A stretch of 64,000 nt of DNA from an uncultured Verrucomicrobiae bacterium (lineage in GTDB: Bacteria > Verrucomicrobiota > Verrucomicrobiia > Limisphaerales > UBA11358). A program made the position numbers and the translations under genes. Shown in pieces: positions 58,286 to 64,000 of the stretch. Every line of letters starts with the position of its first letter. The first letter of the stretch is position 1. The notes under the pieces were generated by a model. That model made no database searches, was not told where the DNA came from, and saw only the letters and a list, made by a program, of their open reading frames with translations. Location of the stretch: NCBI GenBank assembly GCA_963738175.1, contig CAVTVI010000011.1, forward strand, positions 18,568 to 82,567, given 5' to 3'.

Positions 58286-59323
58286 ATGTCTGGGGCAAAA
58301 CCCATCATAATTGTCGGCGGCGGACTCGCCGGATTGACACTGGGAATCGCGTTGCGAAAAAAAGAAATTCCCGTGACGGTTTTCGAAGCCGGAAATTATC
58401 CGCGCCATCGCGTTTGCGGCGAATTTGTCAGCGGACGCGGATTGGAAATTCTCGACGAACTTGGATTAAAGGAAAAATTTCTGAACGCGGGTGCAACCGA
58501 GGCGCGTTCCTCGGTTTTCTTTTCTGGAAATTCCAAATCGCCGAGGCGTCAATTGCCGTCGCCTGCGCTTTGCCTTTCGCGTTTTGTCATGGACAAGTTG
58601 CTCGCGGATGAATTTCAAAAGCTCGGCGGCGAATTGCGAACCGGTATGCGCTGGCAAAATGATTTTTCCGACGGCGTTGTCCGCGCGAGCGGACGGAAAT
58701 TGCATCCAGTTGAAAATGGCTGGCGCTGGTTTGGTTTGAAAGCTCACGCGCGGAATGTTTCTCCTGCCGCCGATCTGGAGATGCACGTTTTCAAAAGCGG
58801 CTACGTCGGCATTTGCAAACTCGCCGGTGGCGAAGTGAATGTCTGCGGTTTGTTCCGGCGAAATGGCTCTGACTCACCGCAACAAAACGGTTTCGATTTG
58901 CTGCGTGGAAATCCGGGGACAATTTTGCACGAGCGACTCGCACGGGCGGAGTTCGATGAAAATTCTTTTTGTTCCGTCGCCGGTCTGTCGTTGCAGCCGC
59001 AGCGCGCGGCGGAAAAATCCGAAGTGTGCATCGGCGACGCGCTCACAATGATTCCGCCGGTCACGGGCAACGGGATGTCGCTCGCGTTTGAATCGGCGCA
59101 ACTCGCCGTAGAGCCGCTGGCGGCTTTCAGTCGCGGCGAAATGTCGTGGACGCAGGCGCGAGAAAAAATCGCGCGCGCGTGCGACGAAAGTTTTTCCCGC
59201 CGTTTGTGCTGGGCGAACTGGTTGCAACAATTTTTGCTCTCGTCGTCCCTACCAAATCCAATGAAGAATTTCACCGCGCGCAGCGATTGGTTTTGGCGAT
59301 TAGCATTTGAACGCACGCGTTAA
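58286..59323 (+). CDS. FAD-dependent oxidoreductase (flavoprotein monooxygenase/reductase-like)
   Basis: IIIVGGGLAGLTLGIAL dinucleotide-binding motif and GDALTMIPPVTGNGM. Its start lies 2 nt after the methyltransferase stop. Confidence 0.75.
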   Translation: MSGAKPIIIVGGGLAGLTLGIALRKKEIPVTVFEAGNYPRHRVCGEFVSGRGLEILDELGLKEKFLNAGATEARSSVFFSGNSKSPRRQLPSPALCLSRFVMDKLLADEFQKLGGELRTGMRWQNDFSDGVVRASGRKLHPVENGWRWFGLKAHARNVSPAADLEMHVFKSGYVGICKLAGGEVNVCGLFRRNGSDSPQQNGFDLLRGNPGTILHERLARAEFDENSFCSVAGLSLQPQRAAEKSEVCIGDALTMIPPVTGNGMSLAFESAQLAVEPLAAFSRGEMSWTQAREKIARACDESFSRRLCWANWLQQFLLSSSLPNPMKNFTARSDWFWRLAFERTR

Positions 59324-59326
59324 TTT

Positions 59327-59356
59327 TTGTTTCGTGTATTTCGCGTGTTTCGCGGT
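59327..59356. repeat. 9-nt periodic repeat block (TTTCGTGTA TTTCGCGTG TTTCGCGG)
   Basis: Tandem units seen directly upstream of thiE. Confidence 0.5.
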
Positions 59357-59368
59357 TAAATTATTTCC

Positions 59369-60016
59369 GTGAAACCGCTCGCGGACTGCAAACTTTACAC
59401 CTTCGTGGACACGGCCTATCTGCATGGCCGCGCGCCCGAACTCGTCGCGCAGCAACTCTGCGACGGCGGCAGCGATTTGATCCAGTTGCGCGCGAAAAAT
59501 TCTTCGCCTGAAGAAATCCGGGCGATGGCGGAAAAAATTCTGCCGATCACCAGACGCGCGAACGTCGGCCTTGTCATCAACGATCATCTGGAAATTGCGC
59601 GCGAACTCGGCGCGGAATTCTGCCACTTGGGACAGGAAGATTTTTTTGACGCGGGCTACAAACAAGTTTCGGAGTTACGAATTGCGAATTGCGAATTAAA
59701 AATTGGTCTTTCAACGCATTCGCCCGCGCAGGCGCAACGCGCATTGGCCGCCGGGCCGGATTACATCGCCATCGGGCCGGTGTTTGCGACGGGCACGAAG
59801 CCGGGCGCGAAACCCGTGACGCTCGACTACGTCCGCTGGGCGGCGGCGAACGTGACCGTCCCGTGGTTCGCCATCGGCGGCATCCGGCTGGAAAATCTCG
59901 GCGACGTTCTGGCGGCGGGCGCAAAACGCGTGTGCGTCGTCTCGGCCATTCTCAACGCGCCGGACGTGACGAAGGCGTGCGCGGAATTTCGGGAAAAACT
60001 GGGTGACTGCTGCTGA
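59369..60016 (+). CDS. thiE: Thiamine-phosphate synthase
   Basis: LIQLRAK, HLGQED, IGLSTH and IAIGPVFATGTK motifs. GTG start. It contains an ELRIANCELK insert from a heptad block. Confidence 0.85.
   Translation: MKPLADCKLYTFVDTAYLHGRAPELVAQQLCDGGSDLIQLRAKNSSPEEIRAMAEKILPITRRANVGLVINDHLEIARELGAEFCHLGQEDFFDAGYKQVSELRIANCELKIGLSTHSPAQAQRALAAGPDYIAIGPVFATGTKPGAKPVTLDYVRWAAANVTVPWFAIGGIRLENLGDVLAAGAKRVCVVSAILNAPDVTKACAEFREKLGDCC
59672..59706. repeat. Heptad repeat block inside thiE
   Basis: AGTTACG AATTGCG AATTGCG AATTAAA AATTGG. Confidence 0.55.
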
Positions 60017-60098
60017 TTAAGTTTAAGAAAGTGGCTGTTCAAAATTTGCTCTGGATAATTTCACCTTCATAAATAAAGGGTTTATTTGAGGTTGAACT

Positions 60099-60353
60099 GT
60101 GCATGGCTACGCAATCAAGAAAAAACTTGATGCCGAAGTCGTAGCTAAGAAGGATCACGATTTTGTAATTTTTCGGCATTTAGGAAAAATAGCTATTACA
60201 TTTGGAATCCGCAGAGGGTCAAAAGAACTTCCTCATCCTCATATTAATAAGCAAATGTTTCTCTCGCCAAAAGATTGCAGACTTTTCAGAGAGTGCCATA
60301 TCAGTGTTGCTCAATATATTGATATTTTGAAGTCAAAGGGCAAAATCGAATAA
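60099..60353 (+). CDS. Hypothetical 84-aa protein in a low-GC islet (weak HicA-like pattern)
   Basis: ORF with a GTG start. The DHDF...GK..ITF....GSKEL....INKQM.LS pattern loosely recalls HicA-type toxins. No partner ORF is present. Confidence 0.3.
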   Translation: MHGYAIKKKLDAEVVAKKDHDFVIFRHLGKIAITFGIRRGSKELPHPHINKQMFLSPKDCRLFRECHISVAQYIDILKSKGKIE

Positions 60354-60467
60354 ATTCGATTTCAAACTAACCACTACCTCAAGCCGAATTTTATTTTCTC
60401 CGCGCCCGAATTGAGTTTCTCAAACGCATTGGACAAATCGCCAAAGTCGTAGCATTATGATTTCAGT

Positions 60468-62975
60468 ATGAGCGATGAATCCATGAGCAATTTCACGCCG
60501 CGCGCGCAGCAGGTGCTCGCGCTCGCGCGCAAGGAAGCCGACCGCTTCAACCACAACTTCCTCGGCACGGAGCATCTGCTGCTCGGCCTGATCAAGCTGG
60601 GGCAGGGCGTGGCGGTCAACGTGATCCAGAAAATGGGTCTCGACCTCGAAACCGTCCGCATGGAAGTCGAGAAACAGGTTGGCACCGGCCCCGACCAGAA
60701 AATGATCGGCAATATTCCCTACACGCCGCGCGTGAAAAAAGTCCTCGCGCTCGCATCCAAGGAAGCCAAGGCGCTCAATCACACTTACGTCGGCACGGAA
60801 CACATTTTGCTCGGCCTGTTGCGCGAAGGCGACGGCGTGGCGGCGAAGGTGTTGAAAAATCTCGACGTGGACATCGAGCAATGCCGCCAGGAAATCTTGA
60901 AGGAGCTGGACCCGAACTTCACCGGCGAGGAATCGTCCATTCCGACCGAAGCGTCGTCGGGCGAAAAAGCCGCCGCCGGTGCGGAGAAAAAAGGCGAAGT
61001 CAAAACGCCCGCGCTCAAGGCGTTTGGCCGCGACCTCACGGAAATTGCGCGCAAGGGCGACATGGATCCGGTCATCGGTCGCAAAAACGAAATCGAGCGC
61101 GTCATCCAGATTCTCTGCCGCCGCACAAAAAATAATCCGGTTCTGCTCGGCGAAGCAGGCGTCGGCAAAACCGCCATCGTCGAAGGTCTCGCGCAGGAAA
61201 TCGCGGCGGGCAACGTGCCGGAAATTTTGCGGAACAAACGCGTCATCACGCTCGACCTCGCGTTGATGGTTGCCGGGACAAAATATCGCGGGCAATTTGA
61301 AGAGCGCATCAAGGCGGTGATGGACGAAATCCGCCGCGCGAAAAACATCATTCTCTTCATTGACGAATTACACACGATTGTTGGCGCGGGTTCGGCGGAA
61401 GGCACGATGGACGCGAGCAATATCATCAAGCCCGCGTTGTCCCGCGGCGAGATGCAGTGCGTCGGCGCGACCACGCTCAATGAATATCGCAAATACATCG
61501 AGAAGGATGCCGCGCTCGAACGCCGTTTTCAATCGGTGAAAGTGGACGCGCCTTCGGTTGAGGACGCGATCACGATTCTCAAGGGCGTGCGCCACAAATA
61601 CGAGGAGCATCACAAGGCCGAGTTCACGGACAAGGCCGTCGAGGCTTCCGTGAAACTTTCCGACCGTTACATCACCGACCGGTTTTTGCCGGACAAGGCG
61701 ATTGACGTTTTGGACGAAGCCGGTTCGCGCGCGCGCATCAGCACGATGACGCGTCCTCCGGAAAGTAAAACGATCGAGGCCGAGATTGACGAGATCAAAG
61801 GTAAAAAAGAACGCGCGATCAAGAATCAGGATTTCGAGGGCGCGGCGCAGATGCGCGACCAGGAAAAGCACGCGAAGGAAAAATTGGAGACGTTGTTGCT
61901 CAACTGGCGCAAGGCCGGTGAGGAGAAACGCATCGTCGTGGACGAGGATGATATTTTGCACATCGTCGCGAAATGGACGGGCATCCCGCTCAAGCGCATG
62001 GGCCAGGACGAAACCACGCGGCTGCTCACGGTTGAGACCGAGATGGAAAAAGTCGTCGTCGGCCAGCGCGAGGGCGTTTCCGCGCTCTGCAAGGCGTTGC
62101 GCCGTTCGCGCGCGGACTTGAAGGATCCGAAACGTCCGATTGGCGCATTTTTATTGCTCGGCCCGACCGGCGTTGGGAAAACTTTGCTCGCAAAAACTCT
62201 CGCAGAACAGATGTTCGGCGACACAAAATCGCTCATCCATCTCGACATGAGCGAATACATGGAAAAATTCAACGTCTCGCGGCTCATCGGTTCGCCGCCC
62301 GGCTATGTTGGTTACGAAGAAGGCGGGCAGCTCACGGAAAAAGTCCGGCGCAATCCGTATTCCGTCGTGCTGTTCGACGAAATCGAAAAGGCGCACCCGG
62401 ACGTGTGGAACCTGCTGCTGCAAATTTTGGAGGACGGCAAGCTGACCGACAACACCGGCCACGTCGTGAATTTCCGCAACACGATCATCCTGATGACCTC
62501 GAACGTCGGCTCGGACACGATCAAGCGGCAGTCCACGCTCGGCTTCTCGCCCATCACGGACGAAAGCAGTTACGAGAGGATGCGCGAACGGATTTTGGAC
62601 GAGGCCAAGCGGACGTTCCGCCCGGAATTTTTGAACCGGCTCGACGACGTCATCGTGTTCCGCTCGTTCACCAAGCCCGACCTCATCCAGATTCTCACGC
62701 TGGAGGCGGACAAGGTGGTCGAGCGCCTGCGCCACAAAAACATCAGGCTCGAACTCGACGACAAGGCGAAGGACTTTCTGGTGGAGAAGGGCTACGACCC
62801 GCAATACGGCGCGCGACCGATGCGCCGGGCGGTGGAACGTTTCCTGGAAGATCCGCTCGCCGAGGAAATTTTGCGCGGCAGCTTGCAGCCGGGCGAACCC
62901 ATCCGCGTCACGAGCGACAAGGAAAAACTGGTGTTCAACCAGAAGGCGGCGGCGGAAGGCGCGGTGGCGAGTTGA
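60468..62975 (+). CDS. clpC: ATP-dependent Clp protease ATP-binding subunit ClpC
   Basis: Double Clp_N repeat, two AAA+ modules ([29 protein letters not shown]) and a UVR-type linker ([12 protein letters not shown]). Confidence 0.95.
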   Translation: MSDESMSNFTPRAQQVLALARKEADRFNHNFLGTEHLLLGLIKLGQGVAVNVIQKMGLDLETVRMEVEKQVGTGPDQKMIGNIPYTPRVKKVLALASKEAKALNHTYVGTEHILLGLLREGDGVAAKVLKNLDVDIEQCRQEILKELDPNFTGEESSIPTEASSGEKAAAGAEKKGEVKTPALKAFGRDLTEIARKGDMDPVIGRKNEIERVIQILCRRTKNNPVLLGEAGVGKTAIVEGLAQEIAAGNVPEILRNKRVITLDLALMVAGTKYRGQFEERIKAVMDEIRRAKNIILFIDELHTIVGAGSAEGTMDASNIIKPALSRGEMQCVGATTLNEYRKYIEKDAALERRFQSVKVDAPSVEDAITILKGVRHKYEEHHKAEFTDKAVEASVKLSDRYITDRFLPDKAIDVLDEAGSRARISTMTRPPESKTIEAEIDEIKGKKERAIKNQDFEGAAQMRDQEKHAKEKLETLLLNWRKAGEEKRIVVDEDDILHIVAKWTGIPLKRMGQDETTRLLTVETEMEKVVVGQREGVSALCKALRRSRADLKDPKRPIGAFLLLGPTGVGKTLLAKTLAEQMFGDTKSLIHLDMSEYMEKFNVSRLIGSPPGYVGYEEGGQLTEKVRRNPYSVVLFDEIEKAHPDVWNLLLQILEDGKLTDNTGHVVNFRNTIILMTSNVGSDTIKRQSTLGFSPITDESSYERMRERILDEAKRTFRPEFLNRLDDVIVFRSFTKPDLIQILTLEADKVVERLRHKNIRLELDDKAKDFLVEKGYDPQYGARPMRRAVERFLEDPLAEEILRGSLQPGEPIRVTSDKEKLVFNQKAAAEGAVAS

Positions 62976-62976
62976 A

Positions 62977-63864
62977 TTACTCCTTCTTACTGACAACAAT
63001 TCCATAATCTTCAAGCCATTTGGTTAGTTGATTTGGAATTGTTCCTTCAGGATCATGTGGGTCAAATTGCTTGTAAAGTTTGCCAGCAAGGTCAGCTTGG
63101 AGCGTTTCAACAGTTTTGTCTTTCAAAAGCAAAACTGGTTTATTCATCGCTAAAAAATATCCAACTTCAAGGCCGACATTCGCGTTGGGTTCGTCCGTTT
63201 CAATCCTCTCATAAATGGCAATACCAAATCCGCAACCATGCAAATGTGTGCGAACATTTCCCCACAAATCAGCATGGAATTCATTTTCATCAGCACGAAT
63301 TATTTGGAGACCGTGCTTTTCGCCCGTTTGCTTGATGATTTCCACAATCTTTGCGAATGGTTTTGCGGCTGTAAATCGCATGACAAGAAAACCGAGTTTT
63401 TTTGGATCAGGATATTTTGCGCGAAGACGATCCAATGACATAGAGATTTCGGGAGGATGCGGATGCGCGAGAGTCGAAACAGGTGTGGATGTTGTTTCGT
63501 CAACAAAATTTGTATCAACAGCACGATAAGCGTCGCGCTTGCCGACAATGAAAGACGGTATGAGTTTCGTGTCCGCGTCCAGCGCAATGAAAGTCCAAAC
63601 GTCGCCATAAACGCCCGCGCGCTCCGCGTTTTTCCGTTTCGCGCCGATGAATCCCCAAATTTCGTCAATCTCGACATTCTTGCACGTCAGTCCGCGCATT
63701 TTTTCATCCATGATTTTCGCGCAAGCATCGCCGATGCGACGGTTAAGACTCATAATCGTATTCTGATTGACGCCTGTTATGCGTTCAACGGCGCGGATGC
63801 TGTTGCCCTCTGCGAGCATTGAAATCACAGAGACTTTCTTTTCGGTTGCGAGTTTGTTTGCCAT
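62977..63864 (-). CDS. Chimeric ORF joining an IS1-family transposase N-terminus (HTH plus DEIWGFIGAK segment) to an NDT/TIR-like (SLOG-type) C-terminal domain
   Basis: Residues 1-125 match the IS1 InsAB pattern (VEIDEIWGFIGAKRKN...WTFIALDADTK compared with [21 protein letters not shown]). Residues 150-295 have FLVMRF...IIRADE...GFGIAIY...NANVGLEVGYFLAMNKPVLLL. GC is low. An internal ATG at 63441 could start a 154-aa stand-alone protein. Confidence 0.6.
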   Translation of the reverse strand: MANKLATEKKVSVISMLAEGNSIRAVERITGVNQNTIMSLNRRIGDACAKIMDEKMRGLTCKNVEIDEIWGFIGAKRKNAERAGVYGDVWTFIALDADTKLIPSFIVGKRDAYRAVDTNFVDETTSTPVSTLAHPHPPEISMSLDRLRAKYPDPKKLGFLVMRFTAAKPFAKIVEIIKQTGEKHGLQIIRADENEFHADLWGNVRTHLHGCGFGIAIYERIETDEPNANVGLEVGYFLAMNKPVLLLKDKTVETLQADLAGKLYKQFDPHDPEGTIPNQLTKWLEDYGIVVSKKE

Positions 63865-63886
63865 AACGATTTATTTTTAACTTGCA

Positions 63887-63942
63887 ATTATCGTATAACG
63901 GAAATATGCTTTGGTCAACAACTATTTTCGTATAACGTAAAT
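63887..63942. promoter_or_regulatory. Two direct 19-nt repeats (ATTNTCGTATAACGNAAAT) in a divergent intergenic region
   Basis: 63887-63905 and 63924-63942 share 17 of 19 positions, 37 nt apart. They lie between the divergent ORF starts at 63864 and 63948. Confidence 0.4.
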
Positions 63943-63947
63943 TATTT

Positions 63948-64000
63948 ATGTCTAAAAAAGCGGGCAGGCCATCAGTTCCAAAGCACAAACAACGAGTGCC
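63948..64000 (+). CDS. Partial ORF start (MSKKAGRPSVPKHKQRV...), truncated by the window end
   Basis: The ATG is followed by an open frame to the window end. The GRPSVP motif resembles the GRPTLP motif of the RHH protein at 22629. Confidence 0.2.
   Translation, partial: MSKKAGRPSVPKHKQRV

Noticed and set aside
59324-59368. Possible TPP riboswitch upstream of thiE.
   Set aside because: The spacer is only 45 nt and consists of a 9-nt periodic repeat. The conserved CUGAGA and ACCUGAUCUGGAUAAUGCCAGCG-type elements are absent.

Overview
This is a 64 kb chromosomal segment, mostly above 55% GC by eye. The gene content suggests a PVC-group bacterium, probably Verrucomicrobiota. That placement is an inference from two PEP-CTERM proteins, a planctomycete-type cytochrome c domain, a Minf_1886-like protein, prepilin-type GspG-like genes and dense short-period intergenic repeats.

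The backbone is housekeeping:
- Replication, repair and translation: dnaG, tmk, cysS, grpE, recO-DUF502-ybeY-phoH, proS, clpC and one tRNA-Ala(CGC).
- Central metabolism: tyrA-aroA-cmk-plsC, sdhCAB, folC, pyrG, pfp and thiE.
- Envelope and sugar-nucleotide genes: ugd, gmd/fcl, lptF/G, kdsB, glmS and gmhB.
- Other: ppk1-sixA, a NarL-type two-component pair and a hybrid histidine kinase.

Observations worth a second look:
1. At least seven families of short-period (7-11 nt) tandem or inverted repeat blocks fill the intergenic spacers. Pairs of these blocks bracket three insertions of about 400-445 bp. One carries an Avd-like four-helix-bundle gene. One carries a DUF2513 gene. One is a 400 bp block that duplicated the 5' end of kdsB. 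Blocks of the same kind also sit in frame inside folC, ybeY, thiE, an SDR gene and aroA.
2. At least ten conserved genes carry frame disruptions: cbiX, tyrA, aroA, cmk, a long SDR, ppk1, a FAH-family gene, proS and kdsB. The aroA and proS breaks lie beside low-GC patches. Assembly error and genuine decay cannot be separated from the sequence alone.
3. A pilin-like locus is tandemly duplicated (about 750 bp), leaving relics of both flanking genes at the junction. Each copy has a sigma-54-type promoter.
4. A srsABC-like operon encodes a type III PKS, a methyltransferase and a flavoprotein.
5. A solitary low-GC gene fuses a beta-class DNA methyltransferase to a PD-(D/E)XK nuclease domain.
6. Three low-GC islets carry transposase remnants. 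One remnant is an IS1-type N-terminus fused to an NDT/TIR-like (SLOG-type) domain at the window edge.

No CRISPR array, rRNA or intact IS element was found. I see no complete multi-gene defence system; the repeat-bounded cassettes are my best candidate for something undescribed.
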